A DNA stretch of 64,000 nucleotides from Cenococcum geophilum (Eukaryota): positions 310,001 to 374,000 of the forward strand of contig CP158635.1 of NCBI GenBank assembly GCA_050273025.1. Direction: 5' to 3'. The notes beneath the pieces were generated by a model. The model was not told the origin of the DNA. It worked only from the letters and a program-made list of their open reading frames with translations, and made no database searches. This document shows, piece after piece, positions 26,261 to 39,840 of the stretch. A program made the position numbers and the translations under genes. Every line of letters starts with the position of its first letter. The first letter of the stretch is position 1.

Positions 26261-29200
26261 TGTAAGCTTTGCAGTGCGAAGAATTGAATGAACGACTTGA
26301 TTGTGAATGTAGCTCTAGAGGCTCTATATATACACGAAGAAGGTAGAAGTGATAGGGTAATAGATAGCTGAAATGGGAACGGTAATCTGCCACCAATATT
26401 GATCTGCAACCACTATATTGGGTGGCGTTAACGCCATCTTAGAGCCTTCCAAGCGGTGATCTTGTGTCTCAACGCAGTGTCGGTAGTCGGTTACACACCC
26501 CCCCAGATTTAACGGTGTAGTTAAAGCTGTAGAACATAAAATGAGGGCAGAAGCTATACCAAAATAGGAAATTTAGATACAATTTAAGAGTAGCAAACGG
26601 ATAGGGTAAGAATGGCATATTGCGAATATTACAAATATTGCGGATATTGCGAATGGAATCAATTGATCTAATGTCGAATATCCACTAAATTCAATTGCTT
26701 TATCCATGCCTCATGCTTTTGACGGGGTAAGATCTTGGTAAGGCCGTCGGCAGGCATCTTGTCTATAGGGACCCATTAGACGTCGATCTTTTTATCTTAG
26801 ACTTCCTGTCTCAGCCAGTGCTGGTAGACGTCAATATGTCAAAGCTTAGTGTCAAGCTTTAGTGTATCCTGTCTTAGGAGTCATACGGTCTGCATATTAT
26901 CGCAGAGCACGGTAAATTCGCGTTCTAAATTGAAGCCAATTGCCTCAAAGAATCGTTGCCACCAGATAATTTCAACGGCAGCAGTAGATAGGGAGAGAAG
27001 CTCTGCTTTAGTAGTCGAGCGAGTAACAGATCACTGTAGGGTTGCTTTCCAATCGATCAGTCCTCCAAATAGGATAAATAGATATCCTTAAGAGCTCCGT
27101 CTAGTTTCTATATAGTCCGCAAATACTGCGTCGGATGCTCCGTAAAAGGTGACGTCTTCTCCTTTAGGGTTTCTAAAGTAGACGTAGGCTCCAAATACTT
27201 CGCCAGAGTATTCAATAGCTGTAGATTTTGTTCCAAGACAGTAAGCAATAGCTTGGTTTGCTGCGTCAAGGTGTTATTAATTTAGATTGGTAAGGAATTC
27301 GGCTAGCTTAGAATGCGTCTTAGCAATATCAGGTCTTCCAAATACGGCAAGGTATACAAGTAACCCTACTCGTTGCTAGTAGGCTAGGGTTCTTTAAGGG
27401 TTCGTCTGCTGGTCGGACGGAATCAGTTCTTCGGCAGGAAGTAATAACTTAGGAAATCTTTCTGGTGGTTAAATATTAAATCGATTGGCTATCTTTTCGA
27501 TCTATTATTCACACGCTTGCGGAGAAGAGGATTAATTAATCTGATTAGTGGGTACGGGCTCAAAGGCATTAATTGAGAATGGGTATATTCGCAAGGCCAT
27601 TTACAGGGAATTGCCCTGCCTTGACTAAACGTGATGCCTATAGACCCGTGCGCAAGTATATCGCTACAGTATCTATTTATAAAGCCCAAAATATATAACT
27701 AAAGAAAAAGGTGCGGGTGGGAGGGAAAGCAAGCAAGCAAGGCTCAATTTTGTGAATGTTAATGATGTTAGTATTACTAAGATATAGGGGTGCTGCTGCA
27801 GTGCTTGCTTAGCCACATAGACATATCCATCTATTATTTACACGCTTGCGGAAAAGAGGATTAATTAATCTAATTAGTAGGTACGGGCTTAAAGGCATTA
27901 ATTAAGAATAGGTATATTCGCAAGGCCATTTATAGGGGATTGCCCTGCCTTAACTAAACGTAATACCTATAGACTTAGAAGCGCAGCGCCCGTACCATAT
28001 AAGGTAAAGTAAGGGGAAGAAAAAATAAAAAATAAAAAAGGGGGGGAAAGGAGAGATTTAAGTTAATGTATTAGAGTGCTAAAATAGGCACTCCTGTACG
28101 CCGTTATGCCTAAATACCTTCGCCTATTGCATCTAGGGCGAGTAACAATAAGAACGGTATTAGCGTTCTACGTTAGAAGTTTATACTTAGCCAGAATAGG
28201 TCTTTTAGGGATAATAAATAGTAAAGCTAGAACGCTTATAAGGACCACCGGCCTAGTTACTATATTTAGCCGTCCGTGAAACCATTGTCTCAAGCGTATT
28301 AAATAGCACCTTTCCGAAACGAGTGTCTATTATAGAGCTTAGAGTAGAGGCCGAGAGCGGCGACTTTATACTTTAGCTTATTCCTGACCGTATAGCTTAT
28401 AAAGGCCAATCTCTTAAAGTAAAAGAGAGGGGCGTTTCTGGGTTAGGGGTTATTTTTAAACAGGTGTTTTATAGCTCGAACTGCGCATTTAGGTTGCCCT
28501 AAAGCGGCAATTATAATTAAGACTCCTTGGTAATTAACGTCCATTTTACTACGCTTTAGATATAATGTTATATAGTCCTCTACCAGCATTATATCGTTTT
28601 TAGTACATTTTGTAGCAGAGAAGGCGTGGCTATTTTTCTGAGCCTTAGTATAGGTAATCTCGCCTAGATAAAGGAATCCCGTAAAGGCCGTAGTAACGGC
28701 GGCGTTAAAGTTAAGATCCTTAATGGATTAGGCATTTGGGGTAACCAATTAGGCGAGGATGTCTTTAGTAATTAGCAATCTTTTAGCCGTAGTAGAGGGA
28801 TTTATAGATGTTACACCGTCTAGGATCCTCTTAATAATAGAATTATTAAAGACGGAGGTGTTATAATTAGCGTTAATATAGTGGGATCGAATTGCGAAGA
28901 CGTAGGCTCTAACTGTAGTAGGCTTAATATGGCTTATTCCTAGACTAGCATTACTAAAGATCCGTTAGGTAATCCATTCTCCTAGGTAGTAGAGGGGCGC
29001 TAGGTACTTCACCACTTTATAAAGGTTACAGTAGCCCTCCCAACTCTTAATTGCGGGATGGTATAAATCTCTCGTTCCATTAGAGAGGCCGTGCTATAAT
29101 AGTTAGCCGAAGTATTCTAAGGGGGCTTTTACCTTAATCCAGAAATTAGGTAGGGGGTCTTTAAGAGGGACCAGGTCTCCTATTTCGGCGTTAGATTAAA

Positions 29201-32200
29201 TATAATGAAGAAGCGTATAGTAACAGTAAATTAAAAGTATCCTAATGTGGGTATAGTAATAATACCCTATCGCGATTAAAACGAGATAGAGCATTAGCTA
29301 GCCCGTTTTCTGTAAAGGAAACCTACTCTATATAGAGCGTAATATTATAGGCTACGGCTAGTTAGAGGATCTTATAAAGCGGGTAATTACCTAGTCCTTT
29401 TACTACTGTATTCTAGAATCCTAAGAGTGCTACCATATTATCCGTATAGATATAAACTAAGCTATACTCCTACCACGTTACCCAGAGCTGGAACGAGGTC
29501 GTAATCGCTCGGACCTCCCACTTATTAATTAGGGCAAGGCGGTGTTCTACATTAGGGTAGCAGCTTAAAGAATTGTCTTAGGGTAGAGATACTAAATAGG
29601 GCGGTTATGTTGTCCCTTAAGAATCCTTAAGGAAGAAGAAGGCCCTATAACTAAGAATCCCAGATACGTCTAAGAAGAGATAGAATTATTTTTAATCCGT
29701 ATTATTAAAGAAGAGGATATTATTTAAAAGGGTAAGAGCATCCCTCTACTATAATAAGTCTTGGCGAAGTTTAGCTGTTAGCTATTGGCGAGGATAACTA
29801 CCTACCTTTATAAAAGTAGAGATGAACTCCTAGATAGAGCGGTTGTATAAATGCCTAAGCCTAATTACCTAGGCGCTCTAAGCAAGTCTACTAGCCAGTT
29901 TTTAATTCTAAACTAGCGTTAGGGATCTACCACTTAACGCTTTATTAATCTCCTTAATTATAGTGGCCTGTTTTAAAGGAGAAAGACATAGCTTAGACTT
30001 TAGAGTATCTATAATATAACCTAGGACTTCAGCCGTAGTGCCTTTGATATTCTTTAATTTGTTTTATAAAATGCCTAATTTATTACTTAATTAGTTATAT
30101 ATACTAAGTAATTAAGGGAAAATAGAAGCGTTAGAGAGTATAAAGATAAAGTTATCTAAATAGTGCTCTAAGGCGGCGTTTAGGATATATTGGATAAATA
30201 TCTAGTGGAATCCCTTCGTAAAAAGATTGAATAAAAAGGGTGCAGTTTAAAGGCCGAATAAGAGGCAACGTTTAAAATATACTACACCCTTTTAGGAAAA
30301 CCCTATAAGGCGTTAAGCTTTAATAGAAAGTAGGATGTTCCAAAAGGTGTTCTTAATATCCCTCTTAACAATTATATAACTACGGCCTGTATATATAACG
30401 TGTTAGAGAACCTAATTAACTATTAAATATTGTAGTGTGGCGAATGCTATAGGGATTAAGTTGTTAACAGATCGGCTAGATAATAAGGATAAGTTATAAA
30501 TACGGCGCTATTCCCTATCCGCTTTAGGTACCAAACTTAGCGGCGAGGATATAACAGGAGATGTTGCTATTGTAATCCTGCCTATATCTAGATTGGCGCT
30601 AATCTTCTCTAAGATTAGGACCGTATTTATAGCTGTTAAGGCTTAGTTCTTCTAGGAGAGGAGCTTAATTTCTAGGTCTACCCTAATCTGGTATCTAAAC
30701 TTTAAGATACCAATAATATTATATTAGAGGTTGCTAGGGTATAGGGATAGATAATGCCCCCACGCTTAAATAATTAAGGGGGAGGGAGAGTCCTATAGAG
30801 GAGAGGAGGGCAGGAAAACTGGAAATAATAGTATAGTATTCGGCCTACCCGTACTATAAGGGTAGAGCACGGTTTTAGCGGAGTGTAGATATAGCTTAAT
30901 AAAATCCTCTTCCTTCTCTTCCTTTTCCTTATTAACACTTTCCTCTAGTAATTACTACTTATAATTCCTTACAGCATATAGGCTACCGTACTTGCTATAG
31001 GTATATAGGAACTTGCAATCCTTACCTAGGTTATACTTCCCTTTATTAAAGCTATAACAGGTCCTTAAGATATTAGTGCTTACTTATACGCGTTTTAAGA
31101 TAGATGCGGATTTATAAGTACTGGGATTGCAATAGATATCCAGGAAGTTACTAGAGATCTTCTAGTTGGCTAGCTCTAACTGGTTCTTTTAAATAACTAT
31201 AGAGTGGTGCTCTAAGGCCATAGTCATTAAGGGAGCAATTTAGTAGGTAGTAGATAGCTAGATAACTTAATTATAGAAGGTAAGTATTTGGGGAATAAGA
31301 TCTACTAAAAGATTCTTATATATAATAATTAAAATCATTATATAGTTAAGGAAGCCCTTTACCTATACTTTAACGGATAGGTAGTTCTTTATCGTCCCTT
31401 CTTTCGGTCTTATAGAAAGGACGCTATTAATAATAAGAATATTATTCTAAGGCTTAGACCAGAGCTGGTATATCTAGAGGCGAGAGAGGTTATTAGGTAA
31501 GAAAGTACCCTAAAATACCTTAAGTATCTCTTTATTCGGGACGCCAGGGAGGAGGGTATTTAGGATATTAGCTATAAATGGGAGCAACTTACCCGGTTTA
31601 TTAATTAGGGTTAAGGATAATACTGCCGTAGCTAATCTCGCTGTTACCGTAGCGAGGCTTAATATATAGAGTTTAGTCGCCCGATCTTCCTATTCTTTTT
31701 AGACGCGTAGCATTTCGGTATAGTTCTCCTGTTCCTAAAGGAGTCTTATTTTCCGGTCGGTTGCCTAGTCCTTAACCTCCTTTACCTAAGCTCTTCTAAT
31801 CCTTAGGTCCTCCTCATGTAGTTATTAGAGCCGTTCTTTAGCTTTTTTAGCGGCTAAAGTCTCGCGTTAAGCCGTGGAGAGAGGCGCCATTATAGAGGAT
31901 AGAGACTGTGACGCCGGTATATCGCCTGAAGGTATAGGGGAAGGTAAGGGAGACTGGTAGGTAACCTCTAAGGAGTTTAGCTCGTTAAGTATGTTGTTAT
32001 TGGTTAAGTTTTTAAGGTTTTTATAGACAATTTGCGAAGGTTTAGACGAGTATATAGGTCGTTAAGTCATTAACAGCAATAATTAATTATTAGAAATTAA
32101 GTAAATAAGGTATTGGCTCTTAAATGAGACTAATATGGAAAGTAAGCAAGCAAGGCTCAATTTTGTGAATGTTGATGATGTTAGTATTGCTGAGATATAG

Positions 32201-35200
32201 GGGTGCTGCTATAGTGCTCGCTTAGCCATATAGACATATCTATATAGGAGTCTTGGCAAAGCCAGAGCTTCCTACTTACTTAATCTCAACTGATTTAAAT
32301 ACTTAGGAACCACTATAGGTCTCCTAGTATACGGATTTCATATCGGTGCAGCAATTTTGCTTCAAATTCTTTAAGTCTTAAAAGGTCCTTCTTAGCAAAT
32401 AGGACGGCTATATTGTCTACATAGAAGAAGACAATAAGTCGTCTATTGGTAAATAGGCAGTTAGTGCCTAGTACTGGTTCTAATCCGAATTTAGCCAGTA
32501 TATTAGTAAGCTCTTTATACTAAAGTAGTGGTGAGATTTTCAATCCATATAGCGCCATGAGTAGCTTTAGGATATATCCGTTTTAATTAAAACCTTCTAG
32601 GTAGTAGCAGTAGATTGGTTTACTAAGCTTGGTATTTATAAATGCGTTTACAGCGTCATACTGTCGAATTTCCAGGTCGAATGCGGCTGCTATAGCCATA
32701 AGAGCACGGAATATTCGAGCAGCTAGGGTTACTGCATAAGTCTCTTCCTCTATAATCTACAGGTCTCCGCGGACACATAGTCTAGCTTTAAGCTTCTATA
32801 GGTAGCCGTCACTATCGAGCTTATATTTAAAGACCTATTTTAGTAGAAGGATCTACTCGTTACCTGCTTCTGCTTTCGGTACAGTCTTAAATATCCCTCG
32901 GCGTTTTAGGTCGTTATATTCTTTTTCCATAGCCTTTTAAAAGCTAGTAGTTAAAGAATGCTTTCTCAGATCTTTGAGATTCTTTGGTTTAGGAGGAAGG
33001 TTGTCCCAATATAGAGATAAGGATCTAGTTCGGTCGATGTCCTTTACTAGTCCTATAGCAAATCCAGCGTAGTAACCAAATAGGGTAGATAGATTGGTTA
33101 GTGCTGCTGTATACGCTTAACATCAAATTCGTTTTAATCCTTTTAGTAAGATAAGGTTAGTAGAAGGTTTGGCCGAGACTTTATTAGCTCGTAGAGCTAT
33201 ATTAATTACTCTATTAAATAATTCTGGAGAGCTTAGCTGGGTTAGAATTATTTCAATTATATCTAGGATGTCGTCTTAAAGTCCTTATAGTGAGGTGTTC
33301 GATTCTAGTAAATCTAGAGATACCGTTCTGCTAGGTATCGGTAACTACTCAGTATCCTTCGTACGAAGCTTTGCTAAATCATTCAATTTAGATATAGTCG
33401 TTTAATCTACACCTAAGGTAGATCTTTAAGGGTCCAAATTAACTGTATATAGGATTAATTCGTCCTCAGATTCGTCCTCATATAGAGGTTCTAGTAGACT
33501 AATCGTCTAAAAGGTGTCTTCTAATACTTCCCTTAGCAGGTAGTCGATGTCTTGACCCTTAGGGTTATAGAACAAGGTCTCGTCAAATATAACGTCTCTA
33601 GTTCGAATAACCTTACGGAGACTCGGAATCCAGATTCAATAGATATTAGTTAAATCGTAGCCAACTAGGTGTCCAATTGATGCACAAGGAGCTAGTTTAT
33701 CTCCCCTTTTAATTCGTTTATCCAGTGTATAGGTTTTACAGCCGTATACATACATATAGGTAAGTGATGGCGGCTTACCATAGGCGATCTCATACGGAGT
33801 TTTCCATCCTAGTTGCTCATTTAGGGTTCAATTGAGTGCGTATCCTGCGGCAAGGAACGCCTCTAGTCCTAAAGACGGGGGTAAGGATGCTTCTAGCTGC
33901 ATAGCCCTTAATCAATCCATAAGGGTTCATCCAAATCATTCAGCTCCGCCATTTTGTTCTTCTATATACGGGGCTCAGCATTTAAAAGTAATGCCTTCGT
34001 CTGCGCACTATGTATGTAAGGTGTCTCCTGTTTGTCCAAAAGCTCATTTATTATTGCTCCAGAAGAAGATCACGTCTTAGTAGAATCGTATTTTAATTAA
34101 ACGGTGGGTCTTACGGATGGTAGGTAGGATAGTAGCTTTATCCTTATTCTTGGCGGTAAATACAAAATTAAATTTAGAATACGTGCAATAGAAGTGCATC
34201 ATATATCTATCGCCGTTGTACCCTGGTTCTCCAAGGGTAATAATATCAAATGCTACCCGCTCGAATGGTTAAGTGGCTGGAAATTCGTGTTCTCGTCTTC
34301 AAAAGATCTGCTGTATATACTTTAATATTAAGCAGACTTCGCATTCGATTTTAAGCGGTGCTCGTTCGTCAATTAGCTCTTTAAGCTCTACGCCATTGAC
34401 GTGCTTAGGAAGCTGTTCAATAGCGTCAGGTCCTGCATGGCCAAGTATTTTATGCCATTTTGTAGCTGTGGCTCCGACTAATTTGCGGGCCATTCTGCTT
34501 AGTTAATGTCTTCTTATTAAAAAGGTCGATTGAGTTATCAAATCTAGGGTAGGCTCTCTATACATTAGTACCTAGTGGCCCCCTAGTCATTTCGCATAGC
34601 ATACTATTTCGCCAGTTACTAGACGGTATAGCAAGTTTCGTCCTAAGTCAAAATGGATATCGTTATCTATAGCCCTTAATAGTGCTACAATATTTATAAA
34701 CATGGTAGGTACCAATACTACGTGGGATAGCTTCATTTTTAAGCTCCCAGTAGGTGTATTGACAGTAATCGTTACTGTTCCATAAGCCTATATCTTTTCA
34801 CAATTTCCACCAGCAATCAGGTAGTCGTCTTCTACAGCTAGATAGGAAAAGGTAAAGTCTTCTTAGTTATTATAGACGTGGGTATCTGCACTAGGGTCGA
34901 GTATCCAGGTATTCTGGAGTTTAAATAGAGTTTAACCAGTACTAAACACAGCAGCATGGCTAGTCGGGGTTTTAAAAGGTAGAGTTTTGGAATCAAAATT
35001 AATTATAAATTCTATATTCTTCTTTACTTCCTATTCTTTTTTTAAGATAAAATTAACAATGCGTTTAATCCAAGGCGTAGATAAGATTGCTTCTTCTACT
35101 TTCTTTTAGATATCTAGGTTTGGTTTCCATCCTTAAAGGCGCTTCTGCTTGACGATATAGTAGCAGCTGCTAAATCAATATTTAAAGCCGTATATGCATT

Positions 35201-36513
35201 CCTTATTCCATTTTAAATCTAAATTAGAATTATTATTAGAATCTAAATTAGAATTGCCTAGGGTTACAAAAGCAGAGTTATTAGCAGGGGTAGCCGAGGA
35301 TACTACTTACTGCATGCGGTAGTGCTCCTTAAATTCCTCAATTAGATCGATAATAGATAGGGCCTCTTCATCCTTCCGTTCTTTTTTGATAAGGTCTACT
35401 TCTAGTGCTCCTACAAAACTAGAAGAGATAGATTTGATAGCTTAAACAAAGTCATAGTGTGGCCTAAATCCTTATACATCTGGTAGCTTTAATTGCTCCG
35501 CAAGCTTATAGACATTCCGCCAGTTATTCAACCATTTATTGATGCTCTGCTTTTTATTATAGACTTTCAAAGCCGTGTACTGATTTAGGACGTCTCGTTT
35601 TTGACCTAAGGTAGTAGGGGCTAGTGCAGTCTTAAGTGCTTGAAGCCGTTTGTATACCGTATTGAGGTCGTCAATAAGTAGAAGGTAGGCTACCAATGTA
35701 ATGCGAACGATATAGTTACTGATATCGTTTATAGCCCATTTTTGCTTCTCGTATGTGCGAAGATCGTCTTTATATTTAGCATAGAGCTGGTTGTAGGCGG
35801 TAAGCTAACTTAGGTCTAGCTTTGCTATCGATGTAGCCGTAGGTAGTATATCCCTTAGTATAGGACGACTTAGTTATGCTAGCTTTAGACGCTCGCCTTT
35901 TTTGGATGGGTCAATATGCTCCCATACCTCGTTAGTTTTGGCAGTGTCTTAGATAATAAAGAACCACTGTATCTAATCAGAAGGCTGGTTAAGGATTAGG
36001 TTGACTTTCAATTCACTTATAGTCATCATTTTTAGGATTTAATAGGTCAGGCAGGGTCCAATTAGCGTCTTAGCAAAAACCTTATTTTAACGTTTCGAAC
36101 TTTTAATTTGATTCATCAGTTCGTTCGTTGGTCGGGTACGTACGTCAACTGGGGTTGATCGTCCGTTCATTTAATAGGTGAAGAAGTTCAAGACACTGCA
36201 AAGGTAGTAGAAGTAGTGACTTCTTAAATAAGGTAGTAGATTAATTGGTCAGCAGGTGGTACGATCCGGGCTCATAACTATAAGCTTTGCAGTGCGAAGA
36301 ATTAAATGAACGACTTGATTGTGAATGTAGCTCTAGAGGCTCTATATATACACGAAGAAGGTAGAAGTAATGGGGTAATAGATAGCTGAAATGGGAACGG
36401 TAATCTGCCACCAATATTGATCTGCAACCACTATATTGGGTGGCGTTAACGCCATCTTGGAGCCTTCCAAGCGGTGATCTTGTGTCTCAACGCAGTGTCG
36501 GTAGTCGGTTACA
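26261..36513 (-). mobile_element. Classical Ty1/Copia LTR retrotransposon, interrupted by Ngaro
   Basis: 235-bp LTRs at 26261-26495 and 36279-36513; TSD ATATC; PBS-like GTTATGAGCCC; G-rich PPT; motifs WILDP.ADTHV, WHKILGH, YDAVNAF, FYVD(D), SDA.FAD, ADGLTK. Confidence 0.95.
27502..32243 (-). mobile_element. Ngaro-type tyrosine-recombinase retrotransposon with split direct repeats
   Basis: A1 32137-32243, B1 27831-27974, A2 27724-27830, B2 27502-27645; Cys/His finger in ORF1 at ~30980-31060; RT HYLD(D)F at ~30150-30170; recombinase motifs AFxGFLxLGEIT, HSFRKGA and LGRWS..AF.LY at 28220-28700. Confidence 0.93.
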
Positions 36514-39500
36514 ATATCCCTACTTAGGTAGGTATTGGATTGTACGTAGGCTTGTGAGATGTCCCGTAGGTAAAGAGCTGCGGGTTTGCTTTGCTGTAGG
36601 CCGGGTATAAGTATAAGTATAATCTGTTAGCTGACTTGTTGGATAGTAGGCAATTATATAAGGACTAAGTCCTTTCCCTAGTTATTATAAGCTTGTATAA
36701 TAAGCCTTAACTTTTTAAAGGCTTTATCAGTACTAGGGTGCTTAATTTTGTTAATAAAGCGTGAGTTAAATATACGGACGCCTTGCGGGACGTCTCTCTC
36801 CGTTACGACTGTAAAGACGCCCTTTTTAAGTAGTCTGTTAATCTCTTTGCGTCGTAAGTCCGTGAAAGGGGTTTTCTATACTAGAACTAATATATCTATA
36901 GGCGAAGATTGCCTTACGGATATTCCTGCGGAGGTTGGGTAATTCTTTATTATGGGGTTCTTAGTTATGGGGTACTTTTGGGGGCGTCCTTAGCCACGTT
37001 TTACGGTAGGTTTAGTAGGTTTAGTAGGTTTAGTGGGTTTCTAGGGGACCTCTAGGGTAGGTAAGGGTGCTTCTAGTTTATCTAGCTTGATGTTGTGGGT
37101 GTTTTCGGGCCGAAAGTAGGGTTTTACGGACGTGCTTTTGAAGCTAGTTAGCCCGTTAGGAAGCTATATGCAGCACGTCTCGTTTTCTACGGCTAGTAGA
37201 CGATAGGGTCTATTTTAGCTGCCGCTTTTACGCTATATAAGGACTTTAGAGTTAAGCGGGAGGTTGTATACTAAGGTCGTATTAGGTCCGTTGCGGTGGT
37301 GTAGGGCGTTATTAATAGTTTGTTTAGCCCATAGCTTAACTATCTCGGCTATCGCCTTCTGTATTGTAGCTGCTTGTTCCGTAATAGACGGGGTAGGAGG
37401 GCCTAGGTTACTTATCCTTGGGTAGGCTCCGTAAACTAAGAGGGTAGGTACTAGTCCGTTAGGGCTAGCAGTGTTATTAACGGCTTTTACGGCCATCTGT
37501 AGAGCCAGTTCCTTTTAGATGTCCTTGCATTCGTCTATAATAATCTAGTAAGCTCTCCGTAAGGCTAGGTAAGCTTGCTTAATAAGCCTAACGGACTAGT
37601 GCGCCTTAACTAAAACAGCTTTTATTAATATAGCTATGGCTATAGCGTACTGCTAGAATTCCTTGCTGATAAAGTTCCTACTAGCGTTATAGGTGATATA
37701 CTGCGGAGGTTTGACGTATGTATTAATCTAGCAGGTCCGTAAAATATCCTAAGTATATTTTGTGGATATATTTTGTAACTAATAGGCGGCTTAATAGCGG
37801 GTTGCCTTGTTAATTATGTGTAATACTAGGCTGCCGTTAATGTACATAATGTCTACGTATACTAAGTGGTTAAAGTTAAGGTCCTTATAAAGGGTGAACT
37901 TAAATCGGCCTAGGGAACGTCCGTATTTCTAGTAAAAGGAGCAGTATTTAGTTAGGTAATTAACTACCTTCCTATTGACGTCGTCGTGTCCAGAGCGTTT
38001 AAGGACTCTATATAGCTTTTCGGCTAACAGGTAGCCGAAACGGCGGTATAGACGGTAGATCTCCGTACTGGTAAGGTAGCATAGGTTATAGTTAAAAGAT
38101 TCCTAAATATAGGTCTGTAAAGTCTCTCCCTATATAAGGAACGGGTGTCTAAATTATTGTATAATTAGTAGGGTAATATACTTGCTTCCTAGGGCAGTTG
38201 CGGGGCCAATTAAGGTGTCCGTAATATTATTGTAGTATACCTATAACCTGTCCATGTCTGCAAGACAGAGTAGGAAGGGGGTGTTTACTTTTACCACGTG
38301 GAAGTTAACTAGGCTAATTAGAGTCTTGACTTTTACTAATCCAATTAATGTGGTTAAGCCGATGCCGAATTGGACGTTTACGGCCCTAGTTTGCGTAATA
38401 TCAATATTTATATTGTCATTTGTGGTGGTCCTATATGCGAGGTATTGTCCGTAGCCTGTGGTAGACTTCTTAGAGGCACCTATGTTGATTATAACACTAT
38501 AGAATTCCTTAGGGGTATAGCGTTCTGTAGTAATATATGCAAATAGGTCCTGCTTATAATCTATAACGTCCGTAACGGGAGTACTTACGGAATAGTTTTT
38601 GGGCGTAACTAAGTGTATAAAGGAACGGTCGGCTAATACGGTCGTAATATTAAAGGCTTAGCTGTCCGTAAAAGGTCCGAAAGTGGTTAGGAATATTTCT
38701 AAGGTCTTTTATTCCTAAGTGTTTAATTTAAAGTTAATTATAAGGGCTTCTATTAACTTATTAGGGGGCTCTTCTACTTCCCCTCCTTCGTATTCTAAAA
38801 TAAACTGGCTAATATGGTTATTAAGTCTCTTTCTAGACTTATTACGTTCTTCCTAGGTATGCCTTATAGACTAATATCCTTCCTTACCGCATATAAAGCA
38901 CTTCTGGCTGGTTTGTCTGTGGGGGTATATTTTTATACGGGAGTTGTTATAGGGGTTGCGGGTAGGGCCTAGTCGATACGGGTACTACTGGCGGTAGCGG
39001 TGGTCCGTAAAGTAGATGTCTAAGTTTGTTTGCGGATATTAAATATTTATAATAAAGGCTTAAATGCTGCCTAGTGGGTTTAAGACTTTATACATTATAA
39101 TAGAGGAGCGTAGATTATTAATAAGGCCAGCTAAGGTGTCTGTAGGCTTATAATAGGCGTATTTATAAGGCTCTACTTCCTAGTAGGCCGTAATAAGTTT
39201 GTTGTATAGGAAGTCGTCTATTTAAAGCTTAGTGTTAAGGCCGTGCTATAGGTGCTAGAGGTCTTTGATAAGAATTTACAGGCACTCTATAGTTGATTTT
39301 TCAGTATTCTTATTAATTACGGTCCGTAGCTTAGTCGCATTCTATTAGGTAAGGATATTACACCTATATTCTAGTCCTTTAAAGTAGTTATAGGTAGCTT
39401 TATATAGCTTATTAAAGGGAACACTAAGGGGGTTGCTCTTAAGGTTAGTGTAGTAGTAGTCGAGTGCTAGGCCGCGCAGTATAGTAGAGTAGGCTTGGCT

Positions 39501-39655
39501 GAACTCTTATTTAGGAATATTAGCCTTTTGGCAAAGGTCCGTAAAGATAGTCAGTTTAAAGTTAAAATTGTCGTTTTTACCGCTATACTTAGATTTGTCG
39601 GTATAGAGCTTAGCCAGGTTAGCTAGTTCCTTACCATAGGTCTTCGCTTAGGTGC

Positions 39656-39840
39656 GTTGCGGATCTATAACTTACAGATCTGTGGCTTACGGATATATGG
39701 CTTACGGATATATGGTTTATGGATATATGGCTTACGGATATGTGGCTTGAATAATGGAAGGGGTTTGGTCCGTATTTTGGGTTGTGGGGGTATTGTAGTC
39801 CGTAATTTGGGTTACGGGGGTATTGTGGTCCGTAACTTGA
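39656..39840. repeat. 15-bp (GGCTTACGGATATAT) and 30-bp tandem repeats in the GalEa-2 gag region
   Basis: About six 15-mers followed by about two 30-mers; these explain spurious ORF 39657-39989. Confidence 0.8.

Noticed and set aside
28200..29100. Tyrosine recombinase as a Starship captain or Crypton
   Set aside because: It follows RT/RNase H and lies within split direct repeats, which indicates Ngaro.
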